A DNA stretch of 64,000 nucleotides from a virus: positions 32,001-96,000 of IMG/VR virus record IMGVR_UViG_3300045988_133686; one strand, 5' to 3'. Below, one piece after another: positions 36,347 through 45,065 of this stretch. The notes under the pieces are model-generated. The model did not search any database and was not told the DNA's origin. It was given only the letters and a program-made list of their open reading frames with translations. Numbering within the stretch: the stretch's first letter is position 1; each line of letters starts with the position of its first letter. A program made the translations under genes and the position numbers.

Positions 36347-38277
36347 TTGAGGTCATCTCCAACAACGTCAAACCAGTCTCGCATCGCGAACTCCGCTTTG
36401 CGCTCTTTGGAATATGTTTTTGTAGGAACGAGGAATCCTACGATACGCTGGTAAGTCGTTTCCATTGGTTCACCACACACAGGGCATGTCTTACCATAAA
36501 ATCCGTGATTATGCTTGCAAGCGCTGATTCTGAGGTTAAAGGCGAAATACTGTACGCCAGCATCGGCGACATAATTTAACATCTTCCACGCAGTGTCAAA
36601 GTCCTTGAACGGTGCGTCAATGTTTACGTGCATGATCGAACCACCATTACACGCTTTGTCAAGAATCGCACTCAGTCGAATCTTTTCATATAGTGTTGTC
36701 TTTACACCAAGTGGAATCCACTGATTACCATACAAAGGCAGCTCGTATGCTTCATTTGGGAATAGGAGTTTGTCCTTCTGCATAAGTACCGCTGCCGCGC
36801 GCTCACCGGGGATCTGCTCGATGTTAACCATATAAGACTTATCTGAAGTGAATGCAGCCTTGGCCTCGTTGAGCACAGACATAACATCCGTTGCACATTC
36901 CAACCCCGCATCTGTGTACGTCGTGTTACCAAACTCATCAGTAATGGTAAACCCATACTTCTGAAGGGCTTCGTACAGCCCAATAATACCGATTGTATTA
37001 TACTGTTTATCCATGTGCATGATTCCCAAAGAATAGTTTGGCAATAACCCCTTCTCCACATTGCGCTCAATAATATGCCTTACGCAATCAAGAGCCTGCA
37101 TACACAGCAACGCTTTCTCGCTCAGAGCTTCCATATATTCTTCAGTGGTATCACATTCATACGCGAGTCTAGCAAGGTTGATCGTATTAACCTTCACACT
37201 ACCCACCTCAAGAGCTGTGCCACCGATGCTATTGAAGTAACCGAGGTTCTTTACGTCTGAAACCAAGCGGCAGCAGTTGCTGAGGCTTGTAACGTCGTCG
37301 CTAATAAAGAAGTTGCTGTCACCCCACTGCATATTGTGTTCGCAGCACCATTGAGCGAAGCCTTCATCAACAAACCTGCCGTCCTTGCGAAGAAGCGCAT
37401 ATGTAAGCACGGGGAATGTCATCATGTTCTCCATTCGAATCTTACTTACCACACGCATAAACGCCTTCTGGTATTCCAGTATCTCGTCAATATAGTCAAT
37501 GATAAACGTGCCGTCTGGATACTCTTTGCCTCCGAACAACGCCTCAAGGTACGGGCGGTCAAAGATCGAAATGTTTGTGAAGGCTGACTGGATACCGCCG
37601 CGCAGGAATGGCTGGTTTAAGCGATAGATGAATTCTTGGAAGTGCTGATCTCGATAATACTCTGGGTCACGAAGGACGTAATTCTCCGCGCAATCTTTGT
37701 GCCAGAAGTAGAACGAGTAAATCAGGAAGCTTGGTAGACCAACCGCACCGGAAGAACGATTACACGTCCAACTCACGAACTCTCCGATAAAATCTGTGAA
37801 CGTTGTGAGATGCTGTGGCGGTGTAGCGTTGAAGTTATTAATAAAAAATAGCCCACGCTCAACAATATTCGCGATATCATAAGCAAAACAATAAGACTTC
37901 TCCGTTGCGTTATACGCATCGTGCAGATAAAAATGTCCGTTCCATTCGTTCTCTAGCCATTCCCTCGCAACTTTACGTCCATACTTCTTATTGAGTTCGT
38001 AGTAGATTTTGTTGAACGCCAGCAGCTTAGAATGTGGCTTGCTCATCTCGTTTTCGAGAGAAACAATATCCTTATGCCCGACGTTTGCGTTGCCGTCAAT
38101 ACTCGCATCTGCGACCGTCTGCTTGTCTACAAAGTTGTCAATGAAGTCAGTGTAGCTCAACTGCTCATCTCCGAAGCCATTAAGCGCGGCCATATCGGAT
38201 CCATATTTGTCCTGCATCTGATTATATGCGGTTGTGAAGTCCTTCAGGAGCCTGATGTCAATCTTCATGCCATACAC
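36343..38277 (-). CDS. nrdD: anaerobic (class III) ribonucleoside-triphosphate reductase
   Basis: 644 aa. C-terminal zinc site CKHNHGFYGKTCPVCGEP and the glycyl-radical-type end RIVGFL. Confidence 0.9.
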   Translation of the reverse strand: MYGMKIDIRLLKDFTTAYNQMQDKYGSDMAALNGFGDEQLSYTDFIDNFVDKQTVADASIDGNANVGHKDIVSLENEMSKPHSKLLAFNKIYYELNKKYGRKVAREWLENEWNGHFYLHDAYNATEKSYCFAYDIANIVERGLFFINNFNATPPQHLTTFTDFIGEFVSWTCNRSSGAVGLPSFLIYSFYFWHKDCAENYVLRDPEYYRDQHFQEFIYRLNQPFLRGGIQSAFTNISIFDRPYLEALFGGKEYPDGTFIIDYIDEILEYQKAFMRVVSKIRMENMMTFPVLTYALLRKDGRFVDEGFAQWCCEHNMQWGDSNFFISDDVTSLSNCCRLVSDVKNLGYFNSIGGTALEVGSVKVNTINLARLAYECDTTEEYMEALSEKALLCMQALDCVRHIIERNVEKGLLPNYSLGIMHMDKQYNTIGIIGLYEALQKYGFTITDEFGNTTYTDAGLECATDVMSVLNEAKAAFTSDKSYMVNIEQIPGERAAAVLMQKDKLLFPNEAYELPLYGNQWIPLGVKTTLYEKIRLSAILDKACNGGSIMHVNIDAPFKDFDTAWKMLNYVADAGVQYFAFNLRISACKHNHGFYGKTCPVCGEPMETTYQRIVGFLVPTKTYSKERKAEFAMRDWFDVVGDDLK

Positions 38278-38280
38278 CTC

Positions 38281-38517
38281 TTAGAGTTTACAAGTCGGGC
38301 ACACAAAGTCATCGTCCTGCGCATTGATCCAGCGGCAGGCATCTACAAAGTTCATGAGTTCTCCGTCTCCAATATCAATGACTGGCACCTCCGTAATACC
38401 CATACTACGCATTACGTCAATGTCGTCGCACTCTTCATATTCGATATTGGCCTTGTTGAGTTTGGACTCCAACACACGGCAGCGCGGGCAACCTGTTGAA
38501 TAAATCTTAACCTTCAT
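38281..38517 (-). CDS. glutaredoxin/NrdH-like redoxin
   Basis: RBS GGAGGAAG before ATG 38517. MKVKIYSTGCPRCRVLE CxxC active site. 78 aa. Confidence 0.8.
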   Translation of the reverse strand: MKVKIYSTGCPRCRVLESKLNKANIEYEECDDIDVMRSMGITEVPVIDIGDGELMNFVDACRWINAQDDDFVCPTCKL

Positions 38518-39058
38518 AATCTTCCTCCATTTTAATATACGACCAAACTGTCTCGACACATTTGTCGAGCAAAATGTTTTTAATGATGCAATCAGCTTGA
38601 CGCGCCACGGCCTCGAACTCAACTTTATCGTTGTATACTCTGCGGGCGATTTCTCCTGTGCTCGCGCCGCGCTTCTGCATGCGTTGAATACGTACATCAC
38701 CGGGCACCGTGATATAAATAACCCTGATGCCACGCTCTCCGTGGTAATGCGCCCGGAAATAATCGATGCCCGCCGGGTCAATGACATAAACACAAGCAGC
38801 ATCAACCTGTTTTTGTGTGGCGAAGTAGCAATGTCCATCGAACACTGTGCGGGCAACTACGTCGAAGTCCTCATTGATTTCCTTAAAGGACGGGTACTGG
38901 ATCGGGCTAAGAAAGATATGTCCGCGCTCTCCTTCATACCTCGGCAGACGATTGGTATAACTCTCAACCGACGTCAACCCATATCGCTTATTTAGCTCTT
39001 CGCACACCGTGGTTTTGCCCGCACCGCTCTCACCCACGATCAAATAGATATTTTTCAT
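38507..39058 (-). CDS. guanylate kinase-like / dNMP kinase
   Basis: P-loop GESGAGKTT and SYTNRLPRYEGERGHIF (the TTRxPRxGE-like motif). Confidence 0.78.
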   Translation of the reverse strand: MKNIYLIVGESGAGKTTVCEELNKRYGLTSVESYTNRLPRYEGERGHIFLSPIQYPSFKEINEDFDVVARTVFDGHCYFATQKQVDAACVYVIDPAGIDYFRAHYHGERGIRVIYITVPGDVRIQRMQKRGASTGEIARRVYNDKVEFEAVARQADCIIKNILLDKCVETVWSYIKMEEDYEG

Positions 39059-39851
39059 TATAGACCTCCTTCAGCGTTGGATGGCGCCCGCAGGACTTAT
39101 GCTCCGTACAGAAGTTGTACGGTTCATGTGCCTCGCATTGGGGCACAAGATATGCGGCTAAGTCAGGCGACACCTTTTTCACCTCATCGCGCATTGCACA
39201 TGCCAGATCGCGGATTTCCTTCTGCGCGCGGGTACACAGCCGCAGATGGCAAAAGTGCATCAGCTCACGGGCGTTCATACTGACCGCCAGCTTAGTCTCG
39301 CAAGCATTTGGCAACACAGCCCGCGCATCCTCATTAGCCGCGCCCAATCTCTTTAGTGCGTTATAGGCAATTGTTGCATGTCCCATCGCATCCTGGAATT
39401 CTTCACTGTTGACTCCCGGCGGCTCGATATAGCGGAACCCATCTTCGGCACAATAACGCTGGCTGCGCACGCTAAACGCTGTGTTACGGTGCCGCGTCAA
39501 CTGCGCCAGCAGAGCGCGACTCACCCCGGCGACCTCAAAAGAAAAACTGACATGCTCGAATACACTGGTGTGTCCTATCCGGTAGCAACCTCTTGCGAGT
39601 TTGTGCGTTGTCGTCGGCTTACTGTCATAGCACATCGCAGCGGCTTGCTCAACCACATCAAGCGGGTCATGACTTTCGCCTATGGGCTGAGTGTAGGCGA
39701 CCAGTTTGCAGGAGAGCTTAACCGCACGTTGTTCTCCCCTACATTGATATGGGGTCTTACCTGCGCCGCATGCAATAAACTCCCCGGCCTGGTCTTCCAT
39801 GTGCTGTCCACACACACAACCGTCGCACACCTCAAGACTTACTTCGTTCAT
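39030..39851 (-). CDS. thyX: flavin-dependent thymidylate synthase
   Basis: ThyX signature RHRNTAFSVRSQRY. Start placed at ATG 39851, after the stop of the upstream 64-aa gene; the listed longer ORF overlaps that gene. Confidence 0.88.
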   Translation of the reverse strand: MNEVSLEVCDGCVCGQHMEDQAGEFIACGAGKTPYQCRGEQRAVKLSCKLVAYTQPIGESHDPLDVVEQAAAMCYDSKPTTTHKLARGCYRIGHTSVFEHVSFSFEVAGVSRALLAQLTRHRNTAFSVRSQRYCAEDGFRYIEPPGVNSEEFQDAMGHATIAYNALKRLGAANEDARAVLPNACETKLAVSMNARELMHFCHLRLCTRAQKEIRDLACAMRDEVKKVSPDLAAYLVPQCEAHEPYNFCTEHKSCGRHPTLKEVYNEKYLFDRG

Positions 39852-39855
39852 TCCT

Positions 39856-40050
39856 TCACCACTTTCTAAAGATTCCATGGTAAGCACTTGCACATGCGTG
39901 AGAGCAGAAGAGATGACCTTCGTCGTCTTCCCACACCTCGTCGTCATATTCGCATATAACCTCGCCACACTCTGCGTATTCCACAAGGATACGGTCTGGC
40001 GCGTTTGGACACCTAGGATCACATGGTGTCTGCCAACAAACATTGCACAT
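39856..40050 (-). CDS. small Cys-rich zinc-binding protein
   Basis: MCNVCWQTPCDPRC...CGEVIC...CSHAC. ATGA overlap with the HD gene stop. Confidence 0.6.
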   Translation of the reverse strand: MCNVCWQTPCDPRCPNAPDRILVEYAECGEVICEYDDEVWEDDEGHLFCSHACASAYHGIFRKW

Positions 40051-40694
40051 CAGCCGCGCACCTCGTCCAAGTAAGAGGCCAGCATATCTGCCGTGTGGAT
40101 CAGTGCCACACCGGGGTATTTCTCCATAGCCTGTGTAAGTGCTCTACTTCCACCGCGCGCCGCTTCGTCGAAGCCACCCATATGCCAGCGAACCATCATC
40201 GCTTCCTCGCGGGTTAGTCTCATAAAGGCTTGAATAATATAGACACTCTTTTCGCCGTGACCAAACGGGCACTCATCTTCGATACTGTAACTCGGTACTT
40301 GCTGCCACTTGCCATGCTCGTCTTTGACATTGCGCACGCCGAGCTTGTAAAAATTCACCTTGCACAGATCGTGCAATAGCGCGGTCAGCGCTACCGTTTC
40401 TTCCTGTTCTGCGGTCAGTTGCCCGTACTCACCTTGATATAGGCGCCGCAATCTCTCGTAGACGTGTAGGCTATGCTTACACAACCCGCCTGCACAGCTC
40501 AGATGATAGATTGTGCTAGCCGGGGCGGCAAAGAAATCAGATTTTTCCAGCCATGCCAGCAACTTATCCGCGCCTTCGCGTTTAATGTACTGCGTAAAGA
40601 TGCCAAGGAATTTCTCACGATCACTCTGCTCGTTCGGCGTCGATGAATCCGAACTCATAGGGGTCTGGCAAGCTCCAATCCCACTCTCCGTCAC
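40050..40694 (-). CDS. HD-domain phosphohydrolase
   Basis: GTG start preceded by AGGAG plus 7 nt. LLHDLCK (HD) and GHGEKS motifs. Confidence 0.82.
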   Translation of the reverse strand: MTESGIGACQTPMSSDSSTPNEQSDREKFLGIFTQYIKREGADKLLAWLEKSDFFAAPASTIYHLSCAGGLCKHSLHVYERLRRLYQGEYGQLTAEQEETVALTALLHDLCKVNFYKLGVRNVKDEHGKWQQVPSYSIEDECPFGHGEKSVYIIQAFMRLTREEAMMVRWHMGGFDEAARGGSRALTQAMEKYPGVALIHTADMLASYLDEVRG

Positions 40695-41121
40695 TTTTGT
40701 ACTCCTTTCTGAACACGTTTCCGTGTCCTCTAGCCTTGAAAAAATAATAATCCGCGGGCAACGTGCGACCTACGCCGATATAGCCTTGCTTTTCCAACTC
40801 CCACCGCCGCACAACATCTCGCGTAATATCCATCAGCTCGTCCGTCACTGGATAGCGTGCCTTGTAACCATGGAACTGAGAATAAATGACGACCTCCCCG
40901 ATTGTGTCAGGGAAGTCGTCAGAATCCAGCCGGTTCAAGATACACCACACAACGGCGGCCTTCTCAGCGATTGGCACGTCCTCGGCTCGGCATTCGCCAT
41001 AGAGAGTGCGGGCGATGCGGTGCATATCACTTTCGCTGATAGCATCCGCGGCGAGTGTTGTTACAGGCATAAAGGTAAGAGCCGCAATCAAAAGCCACAC
41101 GGCGCAGTGTTTAATTCGCAT
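40621..41121 (-). CDS. secreted SleB-type cell wall hydrolase
   Basis: Signal-peptide-like MRIKHCAVWLLIAALTFMPVTTLAADA. TLYGECRAE...AAVVWCILNRLDS...VIYSQFHGY pattern. The 3' end overlaps the HD gene start by 74 nt. Confidence 0.72.
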   Translation of the reverse strand: MRIKHCAVWLLIAALTFMPVTTLAADAISESDMHRIARTLYGECRAEDVPIAEKAAVVWCILNRLDSDDFPDTIGEVVIYSQFHGYKARYPVTDELMDITRDVVRRWELEKQGYIGVGRTLPADYYFFKARGHGNVFRKEYKSDGEWDWSLPDPYEFGFIDAERAE

Positions 41122-41917
41122 TGTTGTCTGCTCCTGTATTATAACATGATTCGATACGTTTGCGGGCAGCCTCGTAAAAGTCTTTGTCCTTTTCAAAAGC
41201 TATAAATTCGCGTCCGGTATTAATGGCTGCTACGCAGGTCGTACCGCTGCCAGCGCATGGGTCAAGCACAAGATCATCCTCGTCCGTGTAAGTGCGCACT
41301 AGATACTCGCACAACTCGACAGGTTTCTGTGTTGGATGCAACAAGCCTTTATTGATATTTGGATAATCAAGCACCTGCCGAGGATACCCGGCGTACTCAA
41401 TCACCCTGTCCAGTTTATGGCTAGGACGGGTCGGGTTTACCCCCTTCCCATCTCCGTACCTTTGCGGGCGGCTCCATTCTTGATCCACGCGCACCAGACC
41501 TTGTGGCCGGTACTTCATATTGACCTTTGCGCCGTTTGCCGTCGAGGCCGGACTGAATACCGCAATCTCTTCAATATCTTTTAGAGGCTTGAGTTTCGCG
41601 TTTGTGTGCCCCGATGGTCTACTCTTACGCCAGTACCACATGTATTTGAACCATTCCTTGTTGCTCTGCACAAGATCAGATGTGAATGGCTGCTGGCAAA
41701 ACATGACGATGGCGCCGTCGGGTTTAATAATGCGGCGCAGGTGCGCCCATAATTCATCCAGAGGCAGAGCTTTGTCCCATTTGCATGTCGTGGTGTTATA
41801 TGGTGGGTCAGCCAGCACTAATTGCACCGACTGATCTGTCACGTCCGCTAGGCCGTGCAGACAATCATCACAGAGTAACAAAGTCATCACCGTACTTATC
41901 AATAAAGGCGAGGTCAA
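41111..41917 (-). CDS. DNA methyltransferase (DPPY motif; N6-adenine or N4-cytosine)
   Basis: LVLADPPYN (motif IV) precedes VLDPCAGSGTT (motif I). Start is uncertain (TTG 41917 or ATG 41887). Confidence 0.85.
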   Translation of the reverse strand: MTSPLLISTVMTLLLCDDCLHGLADVTDQSVQLVLADPPYNTTTCKWDKALPLDELWAHLRRIIKPDGAIVMFCQQPFTSDLVQSNKEWFKYMWYWRKSRPSGHTNAKLKPLKDIEEIAVFSPASTANGAKVNMKYRPQGLVRVDQEWSRPQRYGDGKGVNPTRPSHKLDRVIEYAGYPRQVLDYPNINKGLLHPTQKPVELCEYLVRTYTDEDDLVLDPCAGSGTTCVAAINTGREFIAFEKDKDFYEAARKRIESCYNTGADNNAN

Positions 41918-42302
41918 ACTTAACCTTGAACCTCCGAATGGCGCGTTTCATTGCCACGTCAATGCCAACCTGCTTGTCAAACTCGTCTTCGGGACTGCAC
42001 GATGCTTCCCCGCGGATGCCATTCCACAGTTCGACTTGGGTGACGTGCCCATTGTTACGAGTGCGATATTCGCCGAAGTCGTTGTAGTCAGTTTCCCAAG
42101 CAGACCATACGCGGCGAGGGGCGGGCTGAAGCTGCTCCTCAAACAAGGCGTGAAATTCATTAGACGATACGATGCCAGTTCCCTGATGGTTCGTAAATGT
42201 AATGGTGCCATCACTATCAACATGGGTCACTGTAAATACAGTACCTCTTTTCAGGCCGGGGACATCCTTAATGAGTGCAATTTTCGATCCGGTCATAATC
42301 AT
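41868..42302 (-). CDS. hypothetical protein
   Basis: ATGA overlap with the upstream stop at 42299-42302. 144 aa. Confidence 0.6.
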   Translation of the reverse strand: MIMTGSKIALIKDVPGLKRGTVFTVTHVDSDGTITFTNHQGTGIVSSNEFHALFEEQLQPAPRRVWSAWETDYNDFGEYRTRNNGHVTQVELWNGIRGEASCSPEDEFDKQVGIDVAMKRAIRRFKVKFDLAFIDKYGDDFVTL

Positions 42303-43393
42303 GCGATTTTCTCCTCCATGTTCTGATTCCATTTTTCAACTATTGCGGCTTGTTGTGCTGTGAGCGGCGCGTTATAAGTTTGCAATGCCTGCACAATATG
42401 GTTATTACGAATTTCGAGCGTTACTAAAGATTTGTCCGGTTCGTCCGCTCTGCGCATAAACATAACATGACAGTTGCCGTCAATGACACGCTGAATATAT
42501 GACACGACGCAATTATGTTGCTGAGCGGCTTCGTCTTTGATGTCGGCGGTGCTCTGCGGATAAATAAAGATGTAATCACCGATGCGGCATTCGTACTCCG
42601 GTCGGCACTGTTTCTGAAACGCAGCTTCATCGAATTGCGTTCTTGCCCGCTCATAGTTACGCCGCATGATGTCGTGCGTGGTCACTAGGCAGCGTGGGTA
42701 GCGATCGAACTTGACGCTCACTCTCTTTGCCATATTTATGTAGTCAATATAGTGTTGAGCTGCCGACGAAGCAGTTTGTGCCTCAAACGTACAAATGCGG
42801 TCGATATAGGTAATATAATCCAGCGCACGCAGAGTGCCATCTTTAATAAATGCCCAAATGCCAGTGTTCCACCTCCAACTGGCGCCTTGGAAGACTGCTT
42901 CTATTTTTCTGTCATAGTTCGACAACTCGTCACCAATAGGGTGATAAGAAAGTATGGTTTGCATAGCATCAGGATCTTCTTTATATGCTGCCAGCAGCTT
43001 ACCAGTTAGCGTTAAACCGTGACGTGCATGTCGAAGTAACGGCTTGGGAATATCAGTAATTTGAACACTGAAATGGGGATCAAACTTTGTGATACCAGCC
43101 GCAAAATATTGCTCATGCAGTTTGTCTTTGGCCGCAATTCTTAGCACTGTGCTGAGCTTTTTCGTGTTGTGTTCGCATTTATGCGTCCAAATCCACCGAA
43201 GGTAGTCGGCGTAGCGCTGATCCTCAAACGTGCCGAAGACTTGCGGCGCGTACCATCCATCAAGCTGGCTGTCAAGTGACGTGACGGACTTGCCGCGCAG
43301 TCCAATACACTGTTGCTCTGCCAAGTCGTACTTCACAACGCGGCCATCATCTCGCCAGAATTCAAGCATTCGACCATTCTTGACTACCCTCAC
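42299..43393 (-). CDS. hypothetical protein, possibly PcfJ-like
   Basis: 364 aa. The C-terminal AAQQHNCVVSYIQRVIDGNCHVMFMRR...LVTLEI resembles what I recall of the PcfJ-like domain. Weak call. Confidence 0.45.
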   Translation of the reverse strand: MRVVKNGRMLEFWRDDGRVVKYDLAEQQCIGLRGKSVTSLDSQLDGWYAPQVFGTFEDQRYADYLRWIWTHKCEHNTKKLSTVLRIAAKDKLHEQYFAAGITKFDPHFSVQITDIPKPLLRHARHGLTLTGKLLAAYKEDPDAMQTILSYHPIGDELSNYDRKIEAVFQGASWRWNTGIWAFIKDGTLRALDYITYIDRICTFEAQTASSAAQHYIDYINMAKRVSVKFDRYPRCLVTTHDIMRRNYERARTQFDEAAFQKQCRPEYECRIGDYIFIYPQSTADIKDEAAQQHNCVVSYIQRVIDGNCHVMFMRRADEPDKSLVTLEIRNNHIVQALQTYNAPLTAQQAAIVEKWNQNMEEKIA

Positions 43394-43620
43394 TTACTTG
43401 ATCCTCCTGCCAAAAGAAGGATAAGTAAGATAGCTAATCCAAGATCGAGGAATCCAGGAATAAGGACTTGCCACCAATTCCAGTCCAGAAACCCGGCGAC
43501 CTTAAAGGCAATAAACAGCGCCTGAAGCGTCATAAGAAAGCTACACCCGGAGCGGCGAGACGAATTATTTTCCAAGCTTGTTTTCCTCCTTAAATTCATA
43601 ATCACCGATGTCTTTATCAA
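43390..43620 (-). CDS. small membrane protein (start uncertain)
   Basis: C-terminal half LQALFIAFKVAGFLDWNWWQVLIPGFLDLGLAILLILLLAGG is strongly hydrophobic. Possible starts are TTG 43620, ATG 43599 or ATG 43533. Confidence 0.45.
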   Translation of the reverse strand: MIKTSVIMNLRRKTSLENNSSRRSGCSFLMTLQALFIAFKVAGFLDWNWWQVLIPGFLDLGLAILLILLLAGGSSK

Positions 43621-43870
43621 ATGTATTTGCTATATCTTCCAGTGCGGCGAGTTCTTCTGCCGTTTGCGTATATAATTCGGGGTACACATCTAGAATGTCA
43701 ATGCGGCACAGCAGCTTATGCACGTCCGCCAGCAGCTCTTCGTACTCCGCGGCTTCCGACCCGTAACTGAATAGCGTGTCGGCATAAAGTTCTGCTGTCA
43801 GAATTGCCTCACCAACAGTATCCAGGCCAGCTTTATAAGCGATTTCGCATGCCTCTTTTAGTTTCATCAT
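43565..43870 (-). CDS. hypothetical acidic protein
   Basis: RBS GAGGAGGTGA. ATGATGA overlap with the deaminase stop. 101 aa. Confidence 0.6.
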   Translation of the reverse strand: MMKLKEACEIAYKAGLDTVGEAILTAELYADTLFSYGSEAAEYEELLADVHKLLCRIDILDVYPELYTQTAEELAALEDIANTFDKDIGDYEFKEENKLGK

Positions 43871-44262
43871 ATCACCTCCTCTGCATACCCATCGTCTGTT
43901 GTATAACAAATATGATGGATGCCCATATCCTTTATGAGCTTGAGACAACTTTTGCACGGCCGCGCGCACCCCAAAGAGCCATCACGGCGTTGTCTGTAAA
44001 CATAGAGTATAACCTTGTTCCAATCTACGCTTGCTCCCCGCAGCCCACAGAGAGCATGTAGTTCGGCGTGCATGGAGTGTGGTGTGCTGTCTTCAGAAAA
44101 TCGTTCCCGGTTGTACCGCCGTTGCAATGGATGAGACTTACAACAGTTATACCCGGAGCCAATCACCTTTCCTTTGTACAAAACAACGCACCCGATGTGG
44201 ATGCGTTGAAAGTCAGAAAGTGTAGATACGTTGCGCGCTAAGTCGAAGTATCTTTGTTTCAT
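43867..44262 (-). CDS. dCMP deaminase
   Basis: Zinc motifs HAELHAL and PCKSCLKLI. 131 aa. Confidence 0.88.
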   Translation of the reverse strand: MKQRYFDLARNVSTLSDFQRIHIGCVVLYKGKVIGSGYNCCKSHPLQRRYNRERFSEDSTPHSMHAELHALCGLRGASVDWNKVILYVYRQRRDGSLGCARPCKSCLKLIKDMGIHHICYTTDDGYAEEVI

Positions 44263-44271
44263 GTTTTTTTA

Positions 44272-44300
44272 TTGACCGTAATGTTACGGAGTGGTAAACT
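44272..44300 (+). promoter_or_regulatory. strong sigma70-like promoter TTGACC-17-TGgTAAACT with a palindromic operator in the spacer
   Basis: TTGACC at 44272-44277, 17-nt spacer, TAAACT at 44295-44300 with a TG extension. CCGTAATGTTACGG at 44276-44289 has perfect 6-bp inverted arms. Confidence 0.6.
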
Positions 44301-44362
44301 ATGAATGGGTTGGCTGTCCTCGTTTAGGAGAGGGCGGCAGCGGCTACTTGTGCCTCATTTTC

Positions 44363-44412
44363 TCTGCAAGAGCAAGGTGAGTTACACAAGATTCTCACTC
44401 GCTCTTAGCAGA
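44363..44412 (+). promoter_or_regulatory. long imperfect hairpin in the 5' leader of the small-peptide transcript
   Basis: TCTGCAAGAGC..GGTGAG / CTCAC..GCTCTTaGCAGA gives about 16 bp of pairing, upstream of the RBS agagaggtga. Confidence 0.45.
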
Positions 44413-44438
44413 AATTCAATGTTAAGAGAGGTGATAGA

Positions 44439-44543
44439 ATGGAATATCTTCTAGCGATTGCTTTGATCGTGCAGCCAATCTGCATGGCATACGTCGCTTA
44501 TGTCCTATACCATATCAGGACAACTAAAAAAGAAAATTCCTAA
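44439..44543 (+). CDS. 34-aa hydrophobic peptide MEYLLAIALIVQPICMAYVAYVLYHIRTTKKENS (below track cutoff)
   Basis: RBS GAGAGGTGA plus 5 nt (tagaa) before the ATG. One TM-length segment and a charged C-terminus. Flanked by its own promoter and terminator, on the strand opposite to all neighbours. Confidence 0.45.
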   Translation: MEYLLAIALIVQPICMAYVAYVLYHIRTTKKENS

Positions 44544-44613
44544 GCCGTTTGGTGCTTAGTATACTTATATTAAAACTATGAGATATTAGGTACAGTAGCC
44601 GCTTGCGCCAACC

Positions 44614-44656
44614 CGCGCCGCGTAGATGGGAGGTGCCCATCGCGGCGCTTTTTTTT
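44614..44656 (+). terminator. rho-independent terminator
   Basis: Stem CGCGCCGCG/CGCGGCGC followed by T8 (44649-44656). Confidence 0.8.
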
Positions 44657-44667
44657 ATGCCCGCCGA

Positions 44668-44847
44668 TTACTTTGCGGGAACTGCGGCGTATGCAACACC
44701 GCGGGAGATATAGTTCCAGGCAAGGCGGGTAGGCCAACTGCATGTCCAACCCTGGTGGTAAACCTTACCATTGACGATTACGAACTCATACCGGAGAAAA
44801 TCGTCCACCGACATGAGACGCACGCCGCGCTTATACTTGCTACTCAT
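44668..44847 (-). CDS. 59-aa hypothetical protein (below track cutoff)
   Basis: RBS aaggagaaga before ATG 44847. MSSKYKRGVRLMSVDDFLRYEFVIVNGKVYHQGWTCSWPTRLAWNYISRGVAYAAVPAK. Stop at 44668-44670. Confidence 0.5.
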   Translation of the reverse strand: MSSKYKRGVRLMSVDDFLRYEFVIVNGKVYHQGWTCSWPTRLAWNYISRGVAYAAVPAK

Positions 44848-45065
44848 TCTTCTCCTTTACAAAGTGGTAGTATTATGACCTACCAGTTATGTGTTGTGTC
44901 GTAGGTACAGACAAGCACGATATTCTTGCTACGGCACCGAGGATATTCGTGTACGTCCTCGCACTCATCGACCTCACAGAACAGGCGGTGACAAATGATG
45001 ACGAAGATTCTGAAAACTATTGCGATTAACTCTGAAGGGGCGGCGCTTTGGTGCTGCTTTCTTTG

